A program made the translations under genes and the position numbers. Positions 50,919-62,006 of a stretch of DNA of 64,000 bases are shown in pieces. Origin of the DNA: Synechococcus sp. (GTDB lineage Bacteria > Cyanobacteriota > Cyanobacteriia > Thermostichales > PCC-7336); contig JBFRWD010000123.1 in the NCBI GenBank assembly GCA_051439425.1, positions 38,052-102,051 on the forward strand. Reading direction: 5' to 3'. The notes beneath the pieces are model-generated. The model saw only the letters and a list, made by a program, of their open reading frames with translations, was not told where the DNA came from and made no database searches. How positions within the stretch are numbered: the first letter of the stretch is position 1; each line of letters opens with the position of its first letter.

Positions 50919-53426
50919 CTACCGAGCCAGTTCTCCTTCCACCTCCGCAATCAACAATCGAGTCTTAAGGACGGTATCGGCATTCAAACTAATCGAATCA
51001 ATCCCCTGTTCCACGAGGAAGCGAGCGAACTCGGGATAGTCGCTGGGGGCTTGTCCGCAAATGCCGATTTTGCGTCCTTCTGCTTTCGCGGTAGCAATTG
51101 CCTGGGCCACCATCCGCTTGACCGCCTCGTTGCGTTCGTCAAACAAATGCGCAACTAAGCCAGAGTCGCGATCGAGTCCTAGAGCAAGCTGGGTCAGGTC
51201 ATTGGAGCCAATGGAGAAACCATCGAAAATCTGACTGAAGCGATCGGCCAAAATCACGTTGGCAGGAATTTCGCACATGACATACACCTGCAGTCCGTCT
51301 TCGCCGCGCTTGAGGCCGTATTGCTCCATTTCCGCCAGCACTCGCTGCCCCTCTTCCGGGGTACGGCAGAAGGGAATCATGGGAATCACGTTGGTTAATC
51401 CCATCTCGTTGCGCACGCGGGCGATCGCCTGACATTCCAAGCCGAACGCTGCCCGGAAATTGGCATCGTAGTAGCGAGAGGCACCCCGCCAGCCAATCAT
51501 TGGGTTTTCCTCGGATGGCTCGAACTGCGATCCACCGAGTAAGTTGGCGTATTCGTTGCTCTTGAAATCCGACATCCGCACCACAACGGGCCTGGGATAG
51601 AAGGCCGCAGCGATGGTTCCAATCCCGCGGGCCAGCTTGTCAACGTAGTAATCGGACTTGATGGTGTAGTGACGGGTGAGGTGGGCGATGCTCTGACTCT
51701 CGACAGCATCAGCGAGGGTGTCAAAGTGCAGCAGGGCCAGTGGATGAACGCCAATGTGGTTGGCAATGATGAACTCCAGGCGGGCAAGACCCACTCCATC
51801 ACATGGAATTCCTGCCAAGCCAAACGCCTTCTCCGGATTGCCCACATTCATCAGAATTTGGGTGCGGGTAGCAGGAAGCTCGTCCAGTTGGGTTTCGTTC
51901 ACCTCGAATCGCAACAGTCCGCTGTATATGCGCCCCACTTCCCCTTCAGCACACGAAATGGTGATGTCTTCTCCTTGTTGAATGCGATCGGTCGCATCTC
52001 CACATCCGACGATCGCCGGAATCCCCATTTCGCGAGCAATGATGGCGGCATGGCAAGTGCGTCCCCCCTGGTTGGTGACGATCGCGCTGGCCTGTTTCAT
52101 GATGGGCTCCCAGTCGGGGTCCGTACGGTGGGTGACCAATACTTCTCCTGGTTGGAAGGCATCGATTTGGCGCACGTCCAAAATCACGCGGGCTTTCCCC
52201 TGACCGATCGCAGCCCCCACAGCTCGGCCCTCTGCCAACACCTCACCGGTTTCCTGCAGAGCGTAGCCGCGCAGAATATTGGCATTGCGCTGAGACTGCA
52301 CCGTTTCGGGACGGGCCTGGACGATAAACAGCTCTCCACTATCACCATCCTTGGCCCATTCAATATCCATGGGGGTAAAGGTGCCCCGCTTGCCGGAGTA
52401 GTGATCTTCGATAATGCAAGCCCACCGAGCCAGGGTGAGAACTTCATCGTCTGTCAGTACGAACCGATCGCGATCGTTGTCCGATACCGGTACATTTTTC
52501 GTTTGCTTACTATCTCCTTGAGCGTAAATCATCTTGATGGCTTTGCTGCCCAGCCGCTTTTCCAAAATGGGTCGATAGCCCTCTCTAAGCGTGGGCTTGA
52601 ACACAAAATACTCGTCAGGATTCACAGCCCCTTGAACGACATTTTCTCCCAAACCGTAGGCACCACTAACCAGCACCGCATTCTTAAACCCGGTTTCGGT
52701 GTCGATCGAAAACATGACCCCCGAGGAGGCAAGGTCGGAGCGCACCATTTTTTGCACGCCCACCGACAACGCCGCTTCGAAATGGTCAAAGCCGTTGATC
52801 GTTCGGTAAGAGATGGCGCGATCGGTAAAGAGGGAAGCGAAACAGCGGTGACAAGCTTCTAAAACTGCACGGACTCCGCGAACATTGAGGTAGGTTTCCT
52901 GCTGGCCGGCAAAACTGGCATCCGGCAAGTCTTCTGCTGTCGCGCTAGAACGCACTGCCACATCAGTTTGGTAGTTATGGCGGCGGTAGTCTTGCTGCTC
53001 TTCCGGTGGCAGGCGATCGCAATCCCCCCAACCTTCTCCATAGTGCTCGCACAACCGCAAGTAGGCATTAGAAATATCTAGGGCAAGGTCGGGGGGAAAT
53101 TTAGCATGCAGAATAATGCTGCGAGCTTGACTACCGCACCGTTGCAAGCTCGCTATGTCATGAATATCTAAATCATCAAACAGTTTTTGTAATTTAGCCT
53201 GAATTCCCGCAGATTCAAGAAAGTATCGATAGGCATATGCTGTTGTCGCAAAACCATCTGGAATATTGATGTCTCGCGGCTCTAATTGCCGGATCATTTC
53301 ACCCAATGATGCATTCTTTCCTCCCACCAACGGCACATCGTCAATACCAACATCCCTAAACCACATCACATACGCACGGCTGCGATCGCGCACTTGAGTT
53401 TCGGGTAACCGAGTGGATTGGGTCAC
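50919..53426 (-). CDS. ppsA: Phosphoenolpyruvate synthase
   Basis: VGGKNASLGEM, RSSATAEDLP, GGRTCHAAIIARE, FSIGSNDLTQ, GICGQAPSD. Confidence 0.97.
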   Translation of the reverse strand: MTQSTRLPETQVRDRSRAYVMWFRDVGIDDVPLVGGKNASLGEMIRQLEPRDINIPDGFATTAYAYRYFLESAGIQAKLQKLFDDLDIHDIASLQRCGSQARSIILHAKFPPDLALDISNAYLRLCEHYGEGWGDCDRLPPEEQQDYRRHNYQTDVAVRSSATAEDLPDASFAGQQETYLNVRGVRAVLEACHRCFASLFTDRAISYRTINGFDHFEAALSVGVQKMVRSDLASSGVMFSIDTETGFKNAVLVSGAYGLGENVVQGAVNPDEYFVFKPTLREGYRPILEKRLGSKAIKMIYAQGDSKQTKNVPVSDNDRDRFVLTDDEVLTLARWACIIEDHYSGKRGTFTPMDIEWAKDGDSGELFIVQARPETVQSQRNANILRGYALQETGEVLAEGRAVGAAIGQGKARVILDVRQIDAFQPGEVLVTHRTDPDWEPIMKQASAIVTNQGGRTCHAAIIAREMGIPAIVGCGDATDRIQQGEDITISCAEGEVGRIYSGLLRFEVNETQLDELPATRTQILMNVGNPEKAFGLAGIPCDGVGLARLEFIIANHIGVHPLALLHFDTLADAVESQSIAHLTRHYTIKSDYYVDKLARGIGTIAAAFYPRPVVVRMSDFKSNEYANLLGGSQFEPSEENPMIGWRGASRYYDANFRAAFGLECQAIARVRNEMGLTNVIPMIPFCRTPEEGQRVLAEMEQYGLKRGEDGLQVYVMCEIPANVILADRFSQIFDGFSIGSNDLTQLALGLDRDSGLVAHLFDERNEAVKRMVAQAIATAKAEGRKIGICGQAPSDYPEFARFLVEQGIDSISLNADTVLKTRLLIAEVEGELAR

Positions 53427-54158
53427 GACTGCACCTCCAACAGGCTACATATGGAATCGATGGGTGAAAAACAATCTGCGTATATCGGTCATCGTTGCTA
53501 TCCACAGTCAACCACCATCAGACATACGAACCCAGAAAAGCCCTATGAGACTCGTCTGTCAGGCATTTCAAGCTAGTCTCTAATTGTGGTATCGCGTGCA
53601 GGTTTAACTAAAGTTAATTCAACATCCTTCTTTTGGAGGACAAGATCACCTGCGTACATCCCTATCGTATATTTATTGGTGGATCGCAGGCAGTTGAATT
53701 CACTAATTGACATAAACAATTGTGATATTGTCCCCCTAAGATTGCTTGAAATCGTTAGTTTTTGCGCATATACGATACATCGAGCTTACTCAAACTGGGT
53801 TCGCATCCTGAGTTTGTAGACTAAACGTTAGCAGTGAAATTCTGAACGTATTAAACTGTAAGTAGGCACGAGTTTTGCACACTAAGAACTCGGGTAGGGT
53901 GTTGCACGATCGTAAGGCAGCATAGAGTTTATAGGCGCGTTGCATTGCGATCGAGCGTTCAGTTGTCTCTCTCCAACCATCGTTAGATTGGCAGGGTAGA
54001 GCCCCCCACTTGCTCACCATTAGTCCCATCTCGCTCAGCACCATTAGACGAACAGCGTACGACGTAACATCATCCCGCAGGCACACATCCCCGTATCCAC
54101 GACGACTGGATAATCTCCTCAATCGGATGAATTCCAAGCATCCGGCCCCCACAACACA

Positions 54159-55187
54159 ATGCACGCAGGAGGCGATCTTTTTGTAATGACAGCGTCTTGC
54201 TACGAACATAGATCCATTGCCATCATTGGAGCTGGCCCAGCAGGGTATACTGCCGCTGTTTATACGGCTCGGGCCAATTTACATCCTCTGACGATCCAAG
54301 GGCCGGAACCCGGCGGTCAGTTGATGATGACGACGGACGTAGAGAACTACCCGGGATTTCCGCAAGGCATCTTGGGGCCAGAGTTAATGAGTCTATTCGA
54401 GCAACAGGCCGATCGCTTCGGTGCGGAACGGCGCTTTGGCATCGTTACTCAAGTCAACTTTGCCCACTGGCCGTTTCTTCTCGAAATTGATGGCCACGAC
54501 AAGCTCTATGCCGATGCGGTCATCATCGCCACGGGTGCTACTCACCGTTACCTCGAAATAGACGGCGAAAAGCAGTTGATGGGTCGAGGGGTTTCAGTCT
54601 GCGCCACGTGCGATGGTGCATTTTTTAAAAATGTTCCGGTTGCAACGATCGGAGGTGGAGATACAGCTGCCCAAAACGCACTGTTGCTGAGTCGCACCGC
54701 CAGCCATGTTTATCTCATTCATCGTCGAGATCATCTCAGGGCAAGCCAAATTATGCAACAACGGCTGCTCTCCCACACTCGCATCACCATTATGTGGAAT
54801 ACGATTGCTCGCCATATTGTGGGGAATTCAGAGGTGGAAGCCCTGCAACTAGAAAATGTCGTCTCGGGCGAAATAGATATTTTGGATGTGAAGGGCGTAT
54901 TTATTTCGATCGGCCACAAACCCAATACCGAGGTCTTTAAAGACTGGCTGGAACTCGACGATAAAGGGTATATCGTCACGGAGCCAGATTCCACTCGAAC
55001 GAGCGTTCCTGGAGTATTTGCCTGTGGAGACGTGCAGGATAGAGTCTATCGTCAAGCAGTAACAGCGGCGGGTACAGGATGTATGGCGGCAATCGATGCC
55101 GAGCGTTGGTTGGCAAGCAAGCATCACCACTCATTAGGTAACCGATCCGAATCGGGTTGCGAACCTGCCCAGATCTACAACGTCTAG
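54159..55187 (+). CDS. trxB: NADPH-dependent thioredoxin reductase (start may be ATG 54186)
   Basis: GAGPAG, VENYPGF, CATCDG, HRRD, YRQAVTAAG. Confidence 0.93.
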   Translation: MHAGGDLFVMTASCYEHRSIAIIGAGPAGYTAAVYTARANLHPLTIQGPEPGGQLMMTTDVENYPGFPQGILGPELMSLFEQQADRFGAERRFGIVTQVNFAHWPFLLEIDGHDKLYADAVIIATGATHRYLEIDGEKQLMGRGVSVCATCDGAFFKNVPVATIGGGDTAAQNALLLSRTASHVYLIHRRDHLRASQIMQQRLLSHTRITIMWNTIARHIVGNSEVEALQLENVVSGEIDILDVKGVFISIGHKPNTEVFKDWLELDDKGYIVTEPDSTRTSVPGVFACGDVQDRVYRQAVTAAGTGCMAAIDAERWLASKHHHSLGNRSESGCEPAQIYNV

Positions 55188-55694
55188 ACACGCGATTCAA
55201 GCAACAGTCAGTTTTCGCCAACCCAATCTCAGCTCGCTTTACAGACGCAATATTCAGCTCCTAGTTTGATCGTGTTTATATTGGGGGAATAAGCAGACAT
55301 TTCTCAAAGTCATGAAAGAATGTTAATGTCGCTCAAGTAACAGAATATAATGTATTTATATTAAGGAAAAAATGTCCATTGCATTGAGAAAAATATGTCC
55401 AAATTAAATGTTATTCATGTGAGAAATGCCTGAAATTTAGAAGACATCATTACTCTCAGAGAAGAGCGATCGTAGAGGAGTTTGACTAGCAGGCATGCTT
55501 GCAAGCACTTTCGCAACAATCAACACAGAGCCAATCAGATTCCTCGTACTCGTTGTCTTGCGACACCTCTTGCTCTGGCGCGACCACAGCAAGTTGCGAT
55601 TGGGATACATCCAGAATCAAAGCCATACTTTGAAGCATAAAACGCCTCAAGTTCCTAGTTTGCTATGCTAAGCGCGATCGCAATGCGCTAATTC

Positions 55695-56912
55695 ATGAAC
55701 AAAATTTGCATTCTTGGGGGCGGTTTCGGCGGCTTGTATACGGCGCTGGAATTAGCCGAGAAAACGTGGAACGAGCAACCGGAGATTACGCTGGTCGATC
55801 GCAACGATCGATTCCTGTTCACTCCCCTCCTGTACGAGCTAGTCACGGGCGAGATGGACGCCTGGGAAATCGCTCCGACATTCCGCAGCTTACTCGCCGA
55901 TACATCCGTCAACTTCGTGCAAGGGGATGTAGCCGAGATTCAAATAGACACCCAGATTGTCAGGTTAACGAACGGTAGGCAGTTGGACTACGACTATTTA
56001 GTCATGGGGCTGGGTGGAGACACTCTATACGCAGGAGTTCCTGGAGCAAAAGACTATGCTCGACCGTTTCGAGACTTGGCAGATGCCGAGGCACTCAAAG
56101 CAGACTTGGCTAGCTGGAGTAACAGACCCGACCGCTTTCGGGTGGCAATTGCTGGGGCTGGGGCCAGCGGAGTGGAGTTGGCCTGCAAGCTGGCAGATTA
56201 TTTGGGAGATCGGGCAGAAGTTAGACTCATCGATCGCGGCAGCAGCATTTTGACATCGTTCCAACCCTCTAGCCGCTCAGCAGCAGAAAAAGCACTGAAA
56301 AAACGCGGGGTTACGATCCAACTCAATGCATCGGTACTGGAAGTGGGTGCAGACTTCATTCGGCTGGAATCGACTGGAATCGAAGAAACACTGCCAGTGG
56401 CACGAGTGTTGTGGACAGCCGGAACCACGGTCAGCCCGATTGTGGAATCACTTCCTCTGCAGACCGGCGATCGGCAACGCCTGAAGATTTCGCCAACCCT
56501 ACAAGTGTGCGAGCGGCCGGAAATCTTTGCCTTGGGTGACATTGCCGACGGGCTAGATGCCGATGGTCAAATCATTCCCACTACTGCTCAAGCCGCATTC
56601 CAACAAGCTAGCTACTGCGCGTGGAATATTTGGGCGCTGGCAACCGCTACCCCCGAGCGTCCCTCCCGACCGCTCCTAGAATTCCGCTACGTTCCGTTGG
56701 GGGAAATGCTGAGCCTGGGTACCGATTCCGCATCGCTCAGCGGCTTGGGACTGGCATTCGACGGCCCCTTAGGATATTTAGCCCGCCGCATGGTGTATCT
56801 CATGCGGTTGCCCACCATCGACCACCAATTAAAAGTGGGCTGGAACTGGATTACCAAACCCCTGACGACGGAGCTAGAAAAATGGCTAGGCCAAGGCCAG
56901 TCCAGGCGTTAG
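55695..56912 (+). CDS. Type II NAD(P)H dehydrogenase family flavoprotein (NdbB-like)
   Basis: GGGFGG, FLFTPLLYE, GAGASGVELA, FALGD, AQAAFQ. Confidence 0.88.
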   Translation: MNKICILGGGFGGLYTALELAEKTWNEQPEITLVDRNDRFLFTPLLYELVTGEMDAWEIAPTFRSLLADTSVNFVQGDVAEIQIDTQIVRLTNGRQLDYDYLVMGLGGDTLYAGVPGAKDYARPFRDLADAEALKADLASWSNRPDRFRVAIAGAGASGVELACKLADYLGDRAEVRLIDRGSSILTSFQPSSRSAAEKALKKRGVTIQLNASVLEVGADFIRLESTGIEETLPVARVLWTAGTTVSPIVESLPLQTGDRQRLKISPTLQVCERPEIFALGDIADGLDADGQIIPTTAQAAFQQASYCAWNIWALATATPERPSRPLLEFRYVPLGEMLSLGTDSASLSGLGLAFDGPLGYLARRMVYLMRLPTIDHQLKVGWNWITKPLTTELEKWLGQGQSRR

Positions 56913-57358
56913 CTTGCTAGGTCAGGTTAGCTCGTTTGAACAGACTATTAGGGGCGACATCCCAAACGAGGACAGCCGCTTGAGCGGTTGAAGCTGAGAG
57001 CAAGTGAAAGCGCATCTCCAACCGCCGTTCACAAATCCTTCACAGAATCACTATTGAATGCAACTGGGAACATGAATGTCGCAATGCCCAGGCCTCCCAC
57101 CTGGGCTTTTCTCATGATTGGCCGCTGCAGGTGGCAATATAGCGATCGGCAATCCGCTAGGGAGACGTCCCTGACTACTTTTCTTTGACAATCAAGTATT
57201 TTCGCGATCTCATCCCTCCAGACCTAGCAGCAAATTGCTACACATCCTCATCACCCAAAATCAAGCAAGCAATCTGCAGTTTTGGGGCCTCAACGTGTGC
57301 GTTCGTTGGCCGTTGTCCATCTCCTCTCACCAAAATCTAAAAAAGTTCAGCTTGGCCC

Positions 57359-57387
57359 TTGCATGGAACAACTCATAAGGGTATGCT
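57359..57387 (+). promoter_or_regulatory. Sigma70-type promoter of the tRNA
   Basis: TTGCAT-17 bp-TATGCT ending 11 nt before the tRNA. Confidence 0.6.
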
Positions 57388-57398
57388 GATGTTCGCAC

Positions 57399-57472
<74 letters not shown>

Positions 57473-57477
57473 TTTTG

Positions 57478-57508
57478 AAAGCCACCTGGTACAACTGGGT
57501 GGTTTTTT
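57478..57508 (+). terminator. Terminator after the tRNA
   Basis: GCCACC...GGTGGT stem plus T-run. Confidence 0.7.
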
Positions 57509-57632
57509 CGATAGGTCGACAGTTAAGCTTGCAGCAAATTAAAGGCACCGAGAGGTGTGTCCGTGCATTACCGTAGATTTAACGGTTCGCCCTGACTACA
57601 CCGATAGCGACACATTCATCCCATTGCAGTTC

Positions 57633-58298
57633 ATGTCACCAGTCATCCTGTTCGATTTTGACGGTACCATTGCCGACTCAATGGACGCCGCCGTGACTGT
57701 AGCCAATCGCCTATCAGCGGAGCTTGGCACCTCTGCCATCACCCCTGAAACCATCGAACGCTGGCGTCAACTGCCGCTGCTTGAAGTCTTGAATGAAGCC
57801 CATATTTCTCTGTGGAAACTGCCTCAATTACTGCGACGGGTGCGCCAAGAACTGCGGCAAGAAATGCCCAGAGTCACCCCCATTCTAGGCATACCAGATG
57901 CTCTGAAGGAGCTGCAGCAAGCAGGATTTCAGATGGGAATTGTCACCTCAAATTCCACAGACAATGTGGAAACCTTTCTACGCGATCGCCATCTAGACCA
58001 CTATTTCGAGATTCCCTGCACAGAAGTCTCGATCTTTGGCAAACGTCGCCTACTCAAGCGCTACCTCCATCGTCAGAGGCGATCGCCGACGGATGTCACC
58101 TACGTTGGGGACGAAGCGAGAGATATCCATGCAGCTCGGGCTAATGGAATGCGAGCGATCGCCGTCACTTGGGGCTTCAGTTCTCGAAACATCCTGGTGG
58201 ATGCCGATCCCGATGGACTCGCCAACCACCCGTCCGAACTCTTGTCGTTAGTCTCCGCCCCCCTAGAGGCTCTCCGAGTTGGCGCCCGCCCCAACTAA
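57633..58298 (+). CDS. HAD-family hydrolase
   Basis: FDFDGTIADS, IVTSN, YVGDEARD, VTWGF. Confidence 0.9.
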   Translation: MSPVILFDFDGTIADSMDAAVTVANRLSAELGTSAITPETIERWRQLPLLEVLNEAHISLWKLPQLLRRVRQELRQEMPRVTPILGIPDALKELQQAGFQMGIVTSNSTDNVETFLRDRHLDHYFEIPCTEVSIFGKRRLLKRYLHRQRRSPTDVTYVGDEARDIHAARANGMRAIAVTWGFSSRNILVDADPDGLANHPSELLSLVSAPLEALRVGARPN

Positions 58299-58344
58299 GC
58301 CTGGCAAGGGGCGTCTTGGAGGGCTATCACCGCTCAGTCGTCGC

Positions 58345-59019
58345 TCAATTGTCAGTAGGAATGAGTTGCGGCTGACAGGGGGCAAACGACAGCCGATGGT
58401 AGGGGGTTGGCCCCAGCGTTTGTAATGCCTGGCGATGGGCAGCACTGCCATACCCTTTATTGGATGCTAGTGCATAGTCTGGATAGCGCTTGGCAAGGCT
58501 AACAATCCAGCGATCTCGATGAACCTTCGCCACAATACTGGCGCTGGCAATAGCCAGCGAGCGGCTATCCCCCTTCACCACCGTAGTTTGAGGCAGACGC
58601 ACGCTGGGAATCGTCTTGTTGCCATCGACCAAACAGTGTTCGGGAACCGGCACCAAGCGCGATAGTGCTCGATGCATCGCTAAGAACGTGGCTTGCAAAA
58701 TATTGATGCGGTCGATCTCACTTGGGTGCGCCCAGCCCAATCCCCACGTCAATGCAATCTCGCGAACGTGCCGAGCCAGCTTTTCCCGACGCTGTGGGGA
58801 TAGAGTCTTGCTGTCTCTGACTCCACATGCTTGCAACTGGCCTTCCTGTTCGGGGGTCAAGATAACGGCGGCGGCAACGACGGGGCCAAACAATGCTCCG
58901 CGCCCAACCTCATCCACTCCTGCGGTCAGAGTGGGAAGAGGAGCCCGATCGGGATGATTCCCCTGCAGCCAATGATTCAAGTCGGATAGACCGAGGGGCT
59001 GTTGCTTGGGCTGACTCAT
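58345..59019 (-). CDS. rnhB: Ribonuclease HII
   Basis: [36 protein letters not shown] overlap with the ispF stop. Confidence 0.95.
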   Translation of the reverse strand: MSQPKQQPLGLSDLNHWLQGNHPDRAPLPTLTAGVDEVGRGALFGPVVAAAVILTPEQEGQLQACGVRDSKTLSPQRREKLARHVREIALTWGLGWAHPSEIDRINILQATFLAMHRALSRLVPVPEHCLVDGNKTIPSVRLPQTTVVKGDSRSLAIASASIVAKVHRDRWIVSLAKRYPDYALASNKGYGSAAHRQALQTLGPTPYHRLSFAPCQPQLIPTDN

Positions 59020-59489
59020 GAAGGCATCAGGAGGGCGACAGCATAGGAACAAATGGCTTCTTTCTCACCAATCGGGCCAAGTTTCTCGTTTGTGGTGGCC
59101 TTAACACTGACTTGGTCGGGCTGCAAGTTCATGGCATCGGCCAACCGGGCTTGAATTTTGGCAATATGAGGCTTGAGTTTGGGGCGCTCGGCCACAACAA
59201 CCGAATCAATATTGGCCACCATCCAACCGCGATCGCCGATCAACCCCATCACCTGCTTCAGCAGCACGAGACTATCGGCCCCTTCCCACTGCGGATCGTC
59301 CGGCGGAAAGTATTGACCAATATCTCCTAACGCCAGAGCCCCTAACAGCGCATCCATGATGGCGTGGGTCAGCACATCTGCATCGCTATGACCGAGCAAA
59401 CCTGTTTCGTGGGGAATTTCTACCCCACCCAAAATTAAGCGGCGACCTTCCACCAACCGGTGAATATCGTAGGCATTGCCAATGCGCAT
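59016..59489 (-). CDS. ispF: 2-C-methyl-D-erythritol 2,4-cyclodiphosphate synthase
   Basis: YDIH, GHSDADV, DIGQYFP, KATTNE. Confidence 0.97.
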   Translation of the reverse strand: MRIGNAYDIHRLVEGRRLILGGVEIPHETGLLGHSDADVLTHAIMDALLGALALGDIGQYFPPDDPQWEGADSLVLLKQVMGLIGDRGWMVANIDSVVVAERPKLKPHIAKIQARLADAMNLQPDQVSVKATTNEKLGPIGEKEAICSYAVALLMPS

Positions 59490-60317
59490 TCGTCACTCTC
59501 TCGCGTTGCATCTTTGCTGCAAATAGTGTGGCATCTTCTGTTGCAGACGCGCTTTTCACCAAGCACCAACAATCGGCTCCGGCGAAAGTCAAAGCGAGAT
59601 AACACTGACACCGGATTTCTAGTGCTAATCAGTCGTGTTGGCATAGGTTTCGAACTGATTTCAAGCGCAGCCAGGATACTCAGCAGTGCCTGATTGATTT
59701 ATCCATAGCCTCTCCGCGGATGAATTCAGCCCCGTCAATCGCCGCCAGCTTTGTCCAAAACCCCGTCAAGGGATCGCGAGTCAAGCTCTCTGTCCCACAA
59801 GACTTACGAAAGAGCGAAGTGAAGGGAGGGGTATTTGAGACTGCTGCAGTTTTTCATGAATCATCACCGTTTCATCCGCAGCCAAGTGGCCGCTCGGGTA
59901 GGAAAGAGTCTCTGAGAAATATCCGGATATTAAACCACGCCGAATCCAGCGCGTCGCGGACCACAATGGCACGCAGAACATTAGTTGGCCATGCAAGTCA
60001 ACACCGGTAAAGCCACAATACCTGCTACATCAACGAATCTAGATCGAGTACCACCGCGCCACTACCTATTGTGAAAGTGCGCTTTTTCACATCGACAACA
60101 TCAGTATATATCTCCTTCAATTGCTCAAATAGCTCCTACCGGTCAGGCGACCTGAATCGCTGCCAATTGAGACCAACGTCAACCCATATCACAGCCATCT
60201 TTCCATCTGGATTGAGTTCATTCTCAGCAACATCTCATCGTTAGTCGTCTAGCTGTATGCAATGATTTGGCTTAGCAATCTCGACAACAACAATCGAACC
60301 GCCAGTGAGGGGCATTC

Positions 60318-61838
60318 GTGAAGCACTATATTTACGGCGTTCTTTGTGGAGGTGTGTTGGCTACGACCTTGTGGTTATCTGGTAACAACACATCATGGGA
60401 CAGCGTATTTCCGCAATCGACATCCCGGGAAGGCAATGTCCAGTCGACTCTTCCTGCAGATTCTTCCGTTGACATTGCAACTAGCCCCCCAACAACCAGC
60501 GATCTCTACAGAGCAACCAAGCCCTTAGGCCACTTAAACCGCTTTACGGTAGATAAACAGGCCGAGCCTCCTGAATCAGGCACAGATCCAGCCGCACTGA
60601 CTTGTGTGGGAACGGCATTTGGAGCGAGTTGCTTAGACAAAGACGGAGAGTGGACACTTTACACACCCGAGAACTCCCAACTATCTGCGGCCATAATTGT
60701 CGATGTGGCTGTATGCTCAAACGAAACGGTAGTGTTTGCCCATGCCAGCGGTATTGATATTTTGCGGGGCAATCGCTGGACAGCCATTAGTACCGAGACT
60801 TTGGATACAACCGCTGCGGTAACTGTGGTTGAGTGCTTGGCAGACGGAAGCATTTGGGTGGGATACGAAGATGGACTGTCTCAATTCGATGGCTCCAATT
60901 GGAACCACTTCGATCTAGCAGTACTCGGAACAACGACATCCGGCCCGAGGAGTATGGCAGGAGACTCCCAAAGCCACTTATGGGTGTTGACATCACACAG
61001 CATTGCCCAATTTGATGGTCGTAATTGGACAACCTATGCCCCGGGTGCCGGGTTGCCCGACCAAGAAACAAGACTGACGGGAATTGCGATTGGAGACAAC
61101 GATCGACCGCGGGCTCGGGATGGTGAATTCAATCGATCTCTGCGATTTACGGGCGAGCAGTGGGTAGTACGCGACGTCGATCAACCTGCAGGTGTCACGG
61201 GGTTTGCGATTGATGCCCGCGACAGCGAATGGGTGGGATCGGATGGAGGAGGTGCTTGGGTGTATTCACAAGGAGGCGCTGTTGTGCAGGATAGTGACAG
61301 CAGTAATTTGACCAGCAATCAAGTCCTTGCGATCGCCACAGATGAATCAGGTCGAACGTGGCTGGGCACCTCTTGGGGGGTCAATGTATTTGATGGTCAA
61401 GAATGGACTGCCTATCATATGCATACGGCAGATCTACCCGATAATCGCATCATGGCAATCGATGTAGCGGGCGAAGGACCGGAATTACCCGACCCCATGC
61501 AGAAGGAATCTGGGGTTCTAGTTGGCAGTCTGCTCCGAACAGGAGAACCGTTTGCAGACACGTTGGTGGAGGTCTGCGCTGATTCGCTAGGCAGCGCAAG
61601 ACGGGGTCCCTCTCCTTGTATTAACCAGTCGGAATTCTATGCCGCTATTACCGACGTTGACGGTCGCTTCACCTTGACTGACTTACCGACAGGTCGATAT
61701 AAACTAGCATTTTTGAATGATGGGGAATGGACTCATCTAGAAGAACTACCTGCTCCCCCCTTGTCGCGAGTTTTAGTAGCCCCAGGAGAAACGACCAATA
61801 TCGGCTCCCTTGATATCACCCCCTTGCCTAGTCCGTAA
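60318..61838 (+). CDS. Exported beta-propeller repeat protein with C-terminal prealbumin-like (carboxypeptidase-regulatory-like) domain
   Basis: Repeated D..G..W.G...G...FDG..W units; TDVDGRFTLTDLPTGRY. Confidence 0.75.
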   Translation: MKHYIYGVLCGGVLATTLWLSGNNTSWDSVFPQSTSREGNVQSTLPADSSVDIATSPPTTSDLYRATKPLGHLNRFTVDKQAEPPESGTDPAALTCVGTAFGASCLDKDGEWTLYTPENSQLSAAIIVDVAVCSNETVVFAHASGIDILRGNRWTAISTETLDTTAAVTVVECLADGSIWVGYEDGLSQFDGSNWNHFDLAVLGTTTSGPRSMAGDSQSHLWVLTSHSIAQFDGRNWTTYAPGAGLPDQETRLTGIAIGDNDRPRARDGEFNRSLRFTGEQWVVRDVDQPAGVTGFAIDARDSEWVGSDGGGAWVYSQGGAVVQDSDSSNLTSNQVLAIATDESGRTWLGTSWGVNVFDGQEWTAYHMHTADLPDNRIMAIDVAGEGPELPDPMQKESGVLVGSLLRTGEPFADTLVEVCADSLGSARRGPSPCINQSEFYAAITDVDGRFTLTDLPTGRYKLAFLNDGEWTHLEELPAPPLSRVLVAPGETTNIGSLDITPLPSP

Positions 61839-62006
61839 CGTTAGGCAACCCGATTTCGACAATCCCCGTCTCCAACCTTTCTCACATAGCTCGCACCTAC
61901 ATTGCCTGAAAGACATCAGCAAAGAAACCCCACCCTTACTCTTCAGTGAGGGTGGGATAAACACCGCAAGACAACAACATGAAGCATTGTCTACACAGGA
62001 AACTGA

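Noticed and set aside
51669..52862. 397-aa plus-strand ORF
   Set aside because: Antisense shadow of ppsA with no motifs; the same applies to most short overlapping ORFs in the track
59490..60317. Hidden gene or riboswitch upstream of ispF
   Set aside because: The short ORFs lack motifs and RBSs, and I recognised no RNA structure; an Rfam/Infernal scan would be needed
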